From Octopus bimaculoides (Eukaryota): a stretch of 64,000 bases of DNA. The DNA is taken from positions 108,367,213-108,431,212 of the forward strand of contig NC_068981.1 of NCBI RefSeq assembly GCF_001194135.2, read 5' to 3'. Position numbers and translations under genes: made by a program. Below, one piece after another: positions 53,007 through 64,000 of this stretch. The notes under the pieces were generated by a model. The model was not told where the DNA came from, did not search any database, and saw only the letters and a list, made by a program, of their open reading frames with translations. How positions within the stretch are numbered: the stretch's first letter is position 1; every line of letters begins with the position of its first letter.

Positions 53007-54063
53007 TAAATAACTGGTTTTAAAATAAATCAAGGGAGACAACCTAGAAAATTTTATAGTTACCATTGTACAATTACCGATTTTCCACCCACCCGCTTAT
53101 AAGAATTTAAGCAAATGTCTAACCCACCTGCTTATCCAACCCCTGAGGGTAGGTAATTGTTCAGGTTACGTTCGTGAAAAAAGGGGACATAACTAAACAC
53201 ACCACGGTATGATACTTTACTCACTCGTGTCACCCCTCGTCAGCTTTATCTGTTATTTACAACTGATTTCTAGCTTCGCTTTGGAGAAAATATATATATT
53301 CAACTTACAAAACTATCTATTTGTATCTCTCACATATAAATCTGTATTTTTGACTGGCTATCTAGCTATCTTTTCTTACTTGCTTTCTTCTTTCCTTTCA
53401 TTACAGCTAAAAGTACGTCTCAAAATAGATGTAAAATAAACAAGAACTGAGAAAAAACGAAAACTGAAACTAAAATCAAAGTTCCGTAACCCTAACCCTG
53501 ACCTTAAAACCCTAGTGAAGATCGTGCGGGTATTAATCTGAAAAATGACCAAAAGTTCTTCCCTTGTGCTAATGTTGACAGCGGAACTTTATAGACAGCA
53601 TCCAGTTTCTATTAGTTGAATATGAACATTTCGTCCTCCACGAAATTGTACTTTCATTTTTGTCGAAGCTATTCTGTACGCGTGCAGAACCAATCATATC
53701 GACCCTGGAAGATTGAACGGTAAAGTCGATTTCGGCAGGATTTGAACTCAGAACGTAAAAGGATATAACTTAAAACCGCAAAGTGTTTTGACCGCCGCTT
53801 TCAATGACTCCATTAATGATCTTTATTATGTTTTAAACTTCGTAATACACATATATGGAATAAAATATTCAATATAAAAATAGTGTAAACATAAATATTA
53901 AATTTAGAAGAGACATACAAAGACAATGTTGAATGAACACGATGGAAGGCTAGAATTTGGCAAAAACAAATATTCTGTAAAGATATATATAAAAAAAAAA
54001 CTTTCTCAAATGTACAAGAACCTTATTGTTCAGTTATCAAAATTATATAAAGCTTATACTTAC

Positions 54064-54072
54064 CGCAGCCAT
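54064..54072 (-). CDS. SNRPF: SmF exon 1 coding part (ATG GCT GCG; MAA)
   Basis: accATGG Kozak context and donor GCG|GTAAGT. Spliced protein [12 protein letters not shown]... is 88 aa and parallels Drosophila [12 protein letters not shown]. Confidence 0.88.
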
Positions 54073-54659
54073 GGTTACTGTTTTAAATATTTATTTGGAC
54101 ACGAAATTCACAAAAGCCGGCACAAGTGAAACACCGCCAATTCCTAATGAAGCACACATGCGCATGATATAGGTTATTTTCTGCTGAGTACTATTTAAAA
54201 ATTAATTAATAAATTTTAAAAGTATTTTCCCAACAATTATTTCATGATAAATATTACATGATAAATTATTACATGATAAATATTATAAAATAATTTTGTA
54301 TTTAATTACTATTCTTTAAAGAAAACTTAATTAAGCGTTATTATATGCAGAACTTACATAGTCGATAAACATGAGAAGTTAAATAAAAAGTTGCGACGAT
54401 TAAATTTTAAATGCAATTTCAATAGCTTTCATAATTTGAATTTAAAATTACAGAAAGTATAGCTTAAAATATGTTAGAAGTAACATATATATCTTAAATC
54501 CTTGTTTTCCTTTCCTATTGATCTAACGTATTTGATAGATTGCATTTCAATTGTTCAAGGCATTCGTGTAAACATCATCTAAATAATAATTTCCCGAAAT
54601 TATTTTAATGAACTTCAAATTTTGAACTGTCCCGGTTTGCAGTTATCGAAACAAGATAC
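54073..54659. promoter_or_regulatory. Putative bidirectional promoter and 5' UTRs of SNRPF and MED20
   Basis: 587 bp between divergent ATGs; TE-free; palindrome CATGCGCATG at 54157-54166; three catgataaat(t)atta repeats at about 54243-54286. Confidence 0.75.
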
Positions 54660-54673
54660 ATGGGTGTTGTGTG
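54660..54673 (+). CDS. MED20: Mediator subunit 20 exon 1 coding part (MGVV-TG)
   Basis: ATG GGT GTT GTG TG|GTAAGT; matches MED20 MGVTC; phase 2 joins exon 2. Confidence 0.88.
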
Positions 54674-54896
54674 GTAAGTGCTGTTTGTTTTGCATGAATT
54701 TTCTAAGTTTTAATTGCTAAAATTTATATTATTCATTTTGCAATAATTTTAAAATTTGGATGCTGAATTTTTAAGGAATAAAAATGTTGCACATTGTATA
54801 TATTGCTTAGTTAATTGTGAACAGGTATTTTTCTCCTTGTGCGCGCGATTTTGTTGGTTTATAAATTATATCGCAATTAAGACAATGGTTCAAGTG

Positions 54897-55082
54897 TAAG
54901 GCGGCGAGCTGGCAGCGGTGCGGTAACCCACAAAATGCTTAGCAACATTTCTTCTGACTTTATGTACAGTGCCCAAATGCTGCCGGAGTCGATAAAAGAA
55001 GTACCAGGTAAGCATTAGGGTCATTGTAATCGACTTCAGCGCCTCCTGAAATTGCTGGTCTTGTGCCAAAATTTGGAACCAA
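54897..55082 (+). mobile_element. Nin-like SINE copy
   Basis: ggcggcgagctggcag...gtcgataaaagaagtaccag...tgctggtcttgtgccaaaatttgg. Confidence 0.7.
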
Positions 55083-55118
55083 TATTTTTTAATTGTTTCA
55101 CATTCTTGCAAAATGATA

Positions 55119-55268
55119 ATAATTTCAAAATTTGGTGCAAGGCCGGCAAGTTCAGGGACGGGATCAATTACATCGACCCAAGTCCTCAACTGGTACTTAT
55201 TTTATCGATCACTAAAAGATGACAGACAAAGTCAACCTCAGCGAAATTTGAACTCAGAACGTAAAGAT
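55119..55268 (-). mobile_element. Nin-like SINE copy, inverted relative to 54897-55082
   Basis: aaaatttggtgcaaggcc...catcgacccaag...ctggtacttattttatcgat...aaagtcaacctcagcgaaatttgaactcagaacg. Confidence 0.7.
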
Positions 55269-55275
55269 GGTCGAA

Positions 55276-55312
<37 letters not shown>

Positions 55313-55316
<4 letters not shown>

Positions 55317-55599
55317 CTCTCATAAAACAAACAATCAACTGAATGAATGAAAATAAAACACATTTTGAAATTGAAATAAAATCTTACTCAAAGGTAGTCA
55401 TTAAGAAAAGTGAAAATAATGAAATAAAACGTTATTTACTAACTCAAAAGTAGTCATTCAAGAGTGAACCATTCTGAAAGATGTTGTAGAACGTTCCGAA
55501 AACATTCATCTCCAGTTTTCCCATATTTTTCCCTCCAAAGAAACTCATCCAGATGGGATTCAATCATATTTGTGTGTACTCCCATCATACCTTTGAATC
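55313..55599 (-). repeat. Inverted copy of the Merlin element 3' region (pairs with 56434-56728)
   Basis: Reverse complement of the last ~43 transposase codons plus downstream sequence; roughly 90% identical by eye. Confidence 0.92.
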
Positions 55600-55630
55600 A
55601 TCGGCTTCGGTCAGATATATCTCTCTATCT

Positions 55631-56849
55631 GACGCGTGCACCCGCGCTAGCCAGGTCAACCAAACAAGTAAACCATTCTTTGGACACGTGCTAGTGGTCA
55701 GTTGATTTAATTCTTTGGATGAGCTAGTAGTCAGTGTATTCAAAGTGATCTATGATATTTTGCCTCACATTCAGAGTTTTGATGCTGTGTATTTATTTCT
55801 CAAGGAGAGCCTGATAAAATATAAGGAAGGAAAGATTTTTCGATGCCCTACACACAAAGCTGAAAACGTCCCTGTTAGAAAATCCTCATTTCTGGAAAAT
55901 TCAAAGTTGAGACTCCCAAGATTTTATCCTTCTGACGTATTTATGGTCCAGAAAAGTCTCCATAAATATCTCAAGTGATGTGGCAGGTCTTTCAGAAGCA
56001 ACAGTGATACAGTGGTATCAATACATGAGAGACATAGCAAGTCACCATCTTGTATGTAATCCCTACCAAGTTGGAGGAGTTGGGCACATAGCCGAAATAG
56101 ACGAATCTTTGATGTGTAAAAGAAAGCATAATAGAGGTAGAACACCACAGGAGAGGTGGTCTTTTGGAAGATGGGACACAGAAGACAAAATAGGATTTTT
56201 GGTGTTTGTGAATGATTGTTCCTCTGAAACTCTGCTCCCCCTTATCAGAAAATATATAAAACCAGGAACAACTATCCATTCTGATTGTTGGAGTGGATAC
56301 AATGGAATAGCTGAAATTGATGTCGAACTACGGTATTCCCATTTCAAAGTGAACCATAGAGAAAACTTTGTGGATCCAGTAACTAACGTGCATACCAACT
56401 CAGTTGAATGTTACTGGAGAAATGCAAAAAGTAGATTCAAAAGTATGATGGGAGTACACACAAATATGATTGAATCCTATCTGGATGAGTTTCTTTGGAG
56501 GGAAAAATATGGGAAAACTGGAGATGAATGTTTTTGGAATGTTCTAAAACATCTTTCAGAATAGTTCACTTTTGAATGACGACTACTTTTGAGTTAGTAA
56601 ATAACATTTTATTTCATTGTTTTCACTTTTTTTAATGACTACTTTTGAGTAAGATTTTATTTCAGTTTCAAAATTTGTTTTATTTTCATTCATTCAGTCG
56701 GTTGTTTATTAAATGAGAGAGAGAGAGATGAATCCAACCCCCCTCCGATTTACAGTTTACACATATTTATACATGTAGAGGGTCTTTTTTTATCGCGAGT
56801 GCTGACTAGCACGTGTCTACTGACTGGCGCGGGTGCGCGCATTGGGTCC
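55631..56849 (+). mobile_element. Merlin (IS1595/ISXO2-like) DNA transposon with frameshifted transposase
   Basis: ORF 55980-56564 with EIDES / TIHSDCW / HTNSVEC DDE motifs and YLDEFLWR; upstream frame 55715-55978 has RCP...VRKSSFLENSKL; TIR-like cgcgtgcacccgcgc..gacacgtgctagt versus actagcacgtgtc..gcgcgggtgcgcgcattgggtcc. Confidence 0.88.
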
Positions 56850-57781
56850 ACTCTTCTTAAGTAGTACCCTTAATTTATCAATCCCAAAAAGATGAAAGGA
56901 AAAGTTGTCCTCGGCTGAATTTAAACTTAGAACGTAGCGACAGATGAAATTCTGCTAAGCATTTCGCCTGGCATGCTAACGATTCTAAAATAAATTAAAG
57001 AGAAAATTAATGAGTGAAATTCTGTTTGCTTTTGTAACTTGATCAACTTTCATAACTAATCTAATGTATATTATTTCTAACACTGCCATTATTTTTGATT
57101 CACCTCCTTGCATTAAGATATTGAATTTTTTTTAATATAAAGATTATTCAACTATATAATCATTGATGTCTGCCGTATTTCAGTGCACAAGTCTCAGGGA
57201 TGTGATTTCATCTGCTTGTCATGACTGGCAATGGCTATCATGTCTCTTTTTAAAACATTATAACAATAAATAACCAAAGCGAATACATAAAGTGCGTGAG
57301 TTTTTATGAAGTGTGTGTATGTGGGGAAAGTCCCTTCCAAACACAATATGTTTCAAGACACAATCTCTGATAAAGCATTTTGCCAACTTTTTTCTATTTC
57401 ATGCGTCTTCTTCAATTTTTATCCAACAACTGAAGTTTCAGCGATCTTAAAAGGTCGAGCATGTTAGCATTATTTTCTTCAATTTGTTTTCCCCATTGCA
57501 TGACCAGAAAAGATTGAGCCACTTCTGAAATTCTTGACATCATTTCCAACTTTTGGACATTTATCACAACTCATTTACACTCCAAACAGCTTCTTGGCTA
57601 TGTTCAAGATTGAAAGTTCAAACTTTATGGGCATTTTGGATCACATCCAGAAAAGGGTTGAGGAATGTTTTATGTGGAAAAATTTATTCAATTTTAGATG
57701 TTGTAAAGCACCAGGTCAGCCCTGATTGAGCAAATCTATGATGAAAGGTGTTTAGACATGATCATCCTGTATTTTACAGTA

Positions 57782-58281
57782 CAGGGTTATTCAAAAAGAA
57801 TGAACTGATTTCATTATGCAATATTTTAATAAGGAAAAGCAATAGAAAACTCCAGGTAAGTCACAAGTATTTACTCACAATCAACTTTTATTTCCTGTCT
57901 TATGAGTGTTCAATGTGGCCACTACCTGCAGCATGGGCGACATAAATGCGATAAGAGAATTCCTCTCAGACATGTATCAGCATATCCCGATCCACATCCA
58001 CTGAGTACTTCTTTGGCTGTCTGGTTGAATGCTTTATCAAAGTTTTTCCATTTCCCTTCTATGTCAATATCTTCTGGAATGCTGATACACGTCTGGGAGG
58101 AATTCTCTTATTGCATTGATGTTGCCCATGCTGCAAGTGATGGCCAGATTGAACACTTGTAAGACAGGAAATAAAAGTTGATTGTGAGTAAATACTTGTG
58201 ACTTACCTGGAGTTTTCTATTGCTTTTCCTTATTAAAATATTGCATAATGAAATCGGTTCATTTATTTTTGAATAACCCTG
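57782..58281. mobile_element. 500-bp fold-back mariner-derived MITE with two 3' ends
   Basis: TA-flanked TIRs cagggttattcaaaaag / tttgaataaccctg. Arms of about 200 bp (57782-57984 and 58079-58281) both contain the transposase C-terminus VWEEFSYCIDVAHAASDGQIEHL*. Confidence 0.9.
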
Positions 58282-59020
58282 TATAATGAATGCAGGATTA
58301 CATTATTCTGGATGTACATGTCCCCTTCCCATTTTAGTGCAAATAAATAAGAGAGATGTGTCATTCTTAGCCTTTCATTGGGGACTTTGTCACAGTGCAC
58401 TGTCTCCTTTCAGGCCCACAAGTGTACTGTCTTCTCTCTCTGCCTTTTCTACCTCTATTATAATGGACTCTCTTCCTTGGCGCTAGCTAAGCTTGTTCCA
58501 CTTTGACTCAGACATACATGTCCTACTCAACTCTCCTCTTCTCATCTCCCTTGGTGTTTTCAACCACCAAGAATGCACACTAATCACTACATCTAGTCTT
58601 TTCCATTCTTGCTCGCCCCAACTTCCAGACTCAACAAGATTATTCAAAACATTTTGATTTGGATCCCATGCAACTTCAACTTCTGCTGGCCCCTAACAGG
58701 GCCTGTCTCCTCAAGCTGGTGGAATAACCAATTCAGCTATTCATGTAACTCCTAATAAATGTGTTGGGTGCCCTTTACTTTCGTTTATTCACTCATATAT
58801 GTATGTATGTATATAGATGACTTCAATATAATGAAGTATAACAGTCTGAAATAAATAAATGACTACAGAAGGCAATTACATCTGCTGAAAACTACTCTCT
58901 ATTACATATTTTTTGTCTACATTCTTCATGCTTATCTTTCATATTTAATATTTAACCCTGGCAATGTATTTAGCATGCTACTTTAAATACCCCAAAAAAC
59001 AATTCTATTATTATTTTCAG

Positions 59021-59166
59021 TGTGTTTTCCTATCCTGTTCCTGAAGGTAAAAATGCCCAACAAATAGTTGATAGCCTGCAAAAACAGGTAGAGTTGTTGG
59101 GTGCTGTTAAAGCTGGCAATTTCTATGTTGATTGCGAAACATATCAGTCTACTCTTCCTAATACAA
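59021..59166 (+). CDS. MED20: MED20 exon 2
   Basis: Acceptor ttattttcag; [42 protein letters not shown] matches MED20 PVAEGKSVQQ...GTFCVDCETYH; donor ACAA|GTAAGT. Confidence 0.95.
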
Positions 59167-60221
59167 GTAAGTTTCATTTATATTACATTTTATATTGCTT
59201 TATGTAATATAAATTCAGTATTTTAATAGCTGAAGAAAGTTTTGTGTTAAAAAAGTTTCAGTTTTAGATATTATTTAGTATCAGGTTAGCCCTGATTGAG
59301 CAGATCTATAATGACAGGCATTCAAGCTAGGATCATCTTGTTAATATTTTAAAGTATAATGAATGCAGGACTACGTTATTCTGAATATACATGTCCTCTT
59401 CCCATTTTAGTGTCAATAAGTAAGAGAGATGTGCTTTGGTATCTTTTTTGAAAGATATAGGTAAAGAATATAGATAAAAAAATTAATCTTGGGGTTTCAA
59501 ATAGAATTAGTTTATGGACACAGAAAAGGTTGTGAAGAGTTCCCATCATATCAATGTTTCTCCTCCAACTATTATTAACCTGAAAGAATTCATTATGTGC
59601 ATTGATTCTAATGTTTGCTCAGGACGCTATACATTTTGAGGAATACTTGATGGATGTTTTTTTTTTTTTATTGACTCTGGAAAGATGAAAGACAAAGTGA
59701 ACTCTTGTTGGTGAGTATATAGTAAATACTGCAAAACATTTTGTCCACTACTGTTCACTTCTTTATTTAATATGTTAGTTTCATTAATTCCCACCTAGTT
59801 ATTCTAATCTTTCTAGATTACCTGAAAACTTTACAGTCACTATTCTGCCTTGAGTTAATTAATTTGTTAACTTTGCATCCAGTAGTATTTGTTAACTGTG
59901 AGCTGTATTATTGCATATAATCATTCTGTACTCAGTGCTTTCTTTCTTAAATATATGCTGTGCAAAAGTAGGTAACTCTTGGTGAAGTTATTAGATTAGA
60001 ACGATGTGTTCAAAAGGGTTTACACATTTTGGGTAGAGTTAGTAAAATCTGCATACTTGAATGGTGCTTATCTAATCGATCTCTGAAAGTGGAATTGAAA
60101 TTCAGTGTATAAAGAGACATTACTAACACCATATGCTTTGCTGATTTAGCCATCCACTGTATTTTAGAGTCTATAAATACTGTATGGAAATGTAACTCAA
60201 ACTGGTAACAGGCGTGAATTC

Positions 60222-60440
60222 ATCATCATCATCATCGTTTAACGTCCGCTTTCCATGCTAGCATGGGTTGGACGATTTGACTGAGGACTGGTGGAACCCG
60301 AAGGCTACGCCAGGCTCCAATCTGATTTGGCAGAGTTTCTACAGCTGGATGTCTTTCCTAACGCCAACCACTCAGAGAGTGTAGTAGGTGCTTTTACATG
60401 TCACCGGCACGAAGGCCAGTCAGGCAATACTGGCAACAGC
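60222..60440 (-). mobile_element. RTE 3'-UTR fragment
   Basis: (CAT)n followed by gtttaacgtccgctttccatgctagcatggg... Confidence 0.85.
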
Positions 60441-61439
60441 AATTATAAATTGATATTCATTGTAGAGCTGTGATAATCTCATAGACACTTAGGAAATATG
60501 ACTAAATTTCTATATGGATGCTAAGACAGATAAGAAAATTTATCATTCACGTACTTTATTTCTTAAATCCCAAATTTTTTCATGAAAATTCTATTATTAA
60601 TTTTAGTCAACTGTAATATTCATCTTACCTTTTGCACATAAAAAATATTTGTTTTGGTTATTTGTTAACATTCAGACTCTAAACCAACTTTATTTTGTAA
60701 TTATATCTTTTCTTACACTAGATACATACTTGAAAGAGAAGTGGGTAGCAGCTGCTTTCTTTGCAAGGCTCCAAGTCTTGTGAGGTTGTTGCATGTAGGA
60801 AAAATATAGGGAGGGAGAGAAGGCTATAATTTTGGGAAAAGAAAGATTGAACAATGTGTAGTGAGACACAGTAGAGATGAGGGGAGACAGATATGTAAGC
60901 AAATACCTTCTTTTATAAAGATTCTAGAATGTTAAGTGTTATCTGGGCAGTATAAATTGATTAGTGATAAAGGATTAGAGACGCAGAGAGTAACAAGCTG
61001 AGTGGTTTGTATTGTTGTGTAGCTCCAGTTCAATGATTATTGAGTTGTCTTAGGGGAAATAAATTGACATTTAAATAACTACATGCAACAACCACTGCTC
61101 CAGCTAGTTAATGACATGCTGTATACTTTCACATGCTATAGTTAATCATATGAGGTTTAGTATGGCACTCAACTTCCTAGAAGTAGGAGTTAAAGGTTCC
61201 TCAACAACATCTCGTCGTCTTAAAAAAATGAAGCACAGACTATTGTGGGTTGTATCAATGTTGGAATGAAATCTATGAATTTGTTCTGTGGAAGGGATAG
61301 ACCCATGAAGTCATGGGTTGAGGTGGTGAAGCACCACAGAGGCAATAGCAAATGACCGAGACATTTGCTGATACGCTGTGCTTAAGAAGATCTGTCGAGC
61401 CAAGTGAAATCATAGTCATGGCTGATGCCAGTGTCACAT

Positions 61440-61742
61440 AACAGGCACCCCTTCTGGTGAGCATGTAAAAAGTACCCTTTGAATATTGGGCCTCATGGAG
61501 GCAATGACAGGCGAAATCCTAGTTCTGTCCAATGTTGGTGTCACATAACTGGCACCTGTGCTGGTAGCATGTAAAAAGCACCCATTACACTGTTGGAGTG
61601 GTTGACATTAGGAGGGGCATTCAGCCATAGAAACTATGCCAAATCAGATTGGAGTCTGGTGCAGCCCTACAGCTTACCAGTTTCAGTCAAACTATCTAAC
61701 CCATGCCAGCATGGAAAGTAGAAGCTAAATGATGATGATGAT
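61440..61742 (+). mobile_element. RTE 3'-UTR fragment (diverged)
   Basis: aaaagcacccattacactg...ccatgccagcatggaaag...aatgatgatgatg. Confidence 0.75.
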
Positions 61743-61906
61743 TTCTCTTGAGTACACTTGACTTTACACTCATAAAAAGAAGATATCAATTTCTCAGAAA
61801 CAATTTCTTGGAGAAATGTAAATTGCATCCTAATGATTTTGGGGTAAAATTTTGGATTATATCAGTAGTTAACCTAGTTATTTACAGTGTTGATTTTGTT
61901 TTCCAG

Positions 61907-62157
61907 CTACTCAACGATTGATTCATATATTACACAACAGTGAACAACCTGCTACTTGTTTTGCTATTCTAGACACAGGCAATTGTCTAGTAGCTGACAG
62001 TCAGTTTGATGTCCTCATGCAACGATTAAAGGGTTTCTATCAACAAAGGAAAGGATCTAAAATTGAATCTAAAGGTCAAAGATATGAATATGGAGATTTT
62101 CTCATCAAAATCGGGACTGTATTAATGGCATCAAGTGTCAAAGGTATCCTTGTAGAG
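61907..62157 (+). CDS. MED20: MED20 exon 3 (gene continues beyond the window)
   Basis: Acceptor ttttccag; LIHILHNSEQPATCFAILDTGNCLVADSQFDVLMQRLKGFY...KGILVE; donor GAG|GTAATT. Exons 1-3 total 411 nt in frame; the last exon was not found. Confidence 0.96.
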
Positions 62158-62204
62158 GTAATTAATAATTTTTATCATTATTATCTTTTCCTTCTATTCT
62201 TTTA

Positions 62205-62400
62205 CTTGTTTCAGTCATTTGACTGTGGACATGCTGGAGCATTGCTTTGAAGGTTTTTAGTCGAACAAATTCACCCCAGGACTTATTTCTTAAGCCTATT
62301 ACTTATTCCGTTGGTCTCTTTGGCTGAACCGCTAACTTATGGGGATGTAAGCATACCAATACTGATTGTCAACAATGATGGGGGGACAAACATAAACATA
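62205..62400 (-). mobile_element. SINE family B 3' half
   Basis: ttttacttgtttcagtcatttgactgtgg..catgctggagca... Confidence 0.75.
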
Positions 62401-62422
62401 AAGACACACACATAGATATAAA

Positions 62423-62459
<37 letters not shown>

Positions 62460-62486
62460 TTTATTAAAAAGCAGCAAAGATGTCAC

Positions 62487-62533
62487 AAAAACTGTTACTC
62501 AGAGTTTCACGTTCCCGTTCATTGGACAGTTTT
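62487..62533 (-). ncRNA. Decayed copy of the 10082-10128 hammerhead-like motif
   Basis: aaaactgt CCAATGA ACG-ggaa-CGT GAAAC tctga GT A acagtttt; two CpG-type transitions, one of them in the core (G5A). Confidence 0.6.
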
Positions 62534-62747
62534 GTTTAGAATAGAACAAAATAAGGTTATATGCATGAATATACAATTACTTTGATAGATACACATTTGA
62601 AAATGCTTTTGTTTTGTTGGTCCTTTCAATTAACGGTCTTTTCAATAACTGGTTGTATGAAATTATGATTACAGTTTAAATCATATTATAAAAATTGAAG
62701 AAAACCTTCGATCAAAAATAGCTTATGTAGAAGAAAAACAGAACTGT

Positions 62748-63042
62748 GCCAGTACCGCCTGACTGGCTCCTGTAGGATTTTCGAGCGAGATCGTTGCCAG
62801 CGCCCCTGGACTGGCTTGTGCGGGTGGCACATAAAAGACACCATTTCGAGCGTGGCCGTTTTCGTGCGGGTGACACGTAAAAGCACCCACTACACTCTCT
62901 GAGTGGTTGGCGTTAGGAAGGGCATCCAGCTGTAGAAACTCTGCCAAATCAGACTGGAGCCTGGTGTTGCCATCCGGTTTCACCAGTCCTCAGTCAAATC
63001 GTCCAACCCATGCTAGCATGGAAAGCGGACGTTAAACGATGA
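62748..63042 (+). mobile_element. RTE 3'-UTR fragment (young-looking)
   Basis: Near-identical to 14545-14800; truncated 5' inside the minisatellite unit. Confidence 0.88.
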
Positions 63043-63214
63043 TATATCTGTTTAAAAAAAACTTCCACAAAAAACTAACATCCTAAAATACATATACATT
63101 TAGCAACACATACACATATCGAACAACCAACATATACATATATACACTAAACATACAGGCATTGGTTCATGGCTATTACATATACAGACAAATATAGGCA
63201 AAGCATAGATATGT

Positions 63215-64000
63215 ACAAATGCTAATTAGGCTAACTAGGAAGTTAGCTTTTGTATGTGGCAGATGTTCAGGAGCAATAAACACTGAAAATGTGCAGAAAA
63301 CAACTTTTGCCACATTCCAGGGAGAAAAACTAGATGTAGTTGATAGCTTCCGTTATCTAGGTAACCAAATTAATAGTGGGGGAGGGTGCACTGAAAGTGT
63401 AGCTGCTAGAATAAGGATAGCCTGGGCAAAGTTCAGAGAGCTCTTACCTCTGCTGGTGACAAAGGGCCTCTTGCTCAGAGTAAAAGGCAGACTGTATGAC
63501 GCATGTGTACGAACAGCCATGCTACATGGCAGTGAAACATGGGCCGTGACTGCTGAGGGCATGTGTAAGCTTGCAAGCAATGAAGCCAGTATGCTCCGAT
63601 GGATGTGTAATGGCAGTGTGCATACTTGACAGAGTGTAAGTACCTTGAGAGAAAAGTTGGACCTAAGAAGCATCAGATGTGGTGTGCAAAAGAGACGATT
63701 GCGCTGGTATGGTCATGTGGTGAGAATGGATGAGGATAGCTGCGTGAAAAAGTGCCACACCCTAACAGTTGAGGGAACCCGTGGAAGAGGTAGGCTCAGG
63801 AAGACCTGGGATGAGGTGGTGAATCATGACCTTCAAACATCAGACCTCACCGAGGCAATGACTTCTGACCGAGACCTTTGGAAATATGCTGTGCATGAGA
63901 AGACCCAGCAAGCTAAGTTAGACCATAATCCGAGGCCTCTGCCAGGAGTGTAGCCAGCCCACTTATGCGTACCTTTCCTTCATTGAACACTAAACTCTGC
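63215..64000 (+). mobile_element. RTE LINE C-terminal region and start of 3' UTR
   Basis: ORFs 63219-63629 (VDSFRYLG...MLHGSETW) and 63645-63953 (RRLRWYGHVVRM...RGRGRLRKTW). Confidence 0.92.

Noticed and set aside
53485-53515. Telomere-like taaccctaaccctgacc
   Set aside because: Only about two units; not an interstitial telomere array.

Overview
Repeat-rich, AT-rich animal genomic DNA with five N-gaps, most likely from an octopus (inferred from the SINE, RTE and microsatellite landscape). Three host genes can be supported. (1) An Ajuba/LIMD1/WTIP-family gene on the minus strand: one 1.9 kb pre-LIM coding exon at 35352-37254; I could not find its LIM exons in the window. (2) A complete 4-exon SNRPF (SmF, 88 aa) on the minus strand, whose intron 3 has a GC donor. 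(3) MED20 coding exons 1-3 on the plus strand, head-to-head with SNRPF, with the ATGs 587 bp apart. The rest is transposon-derived: RTE and CR1-type LINE fragments, several tRNA-derived SINE families, mariner elements (DD34D, DD37D and DD41D types), a Merlin (IS1595-like) transposase, pogo-type remnants and non-autonomous Helitrons. The most interesting signals are: (a) three unrelated short repeat families carrying minimal type I hammerhead-ribozyme folds, one of them behind a tRNA-derived Pol III head inside SNRPF intron 3; (b) three DNA-transposon copies with inverted duplications of their 3' ends, two of which make MED20 intron 1 a predicted dsRNA-rich substrate; (c) a SINE and a CR1 LINE that share a 3' tail; (d) the GC-AG intron in a core Sm gene. 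All coordinates were read by eye; repeat boundaries are approximate.
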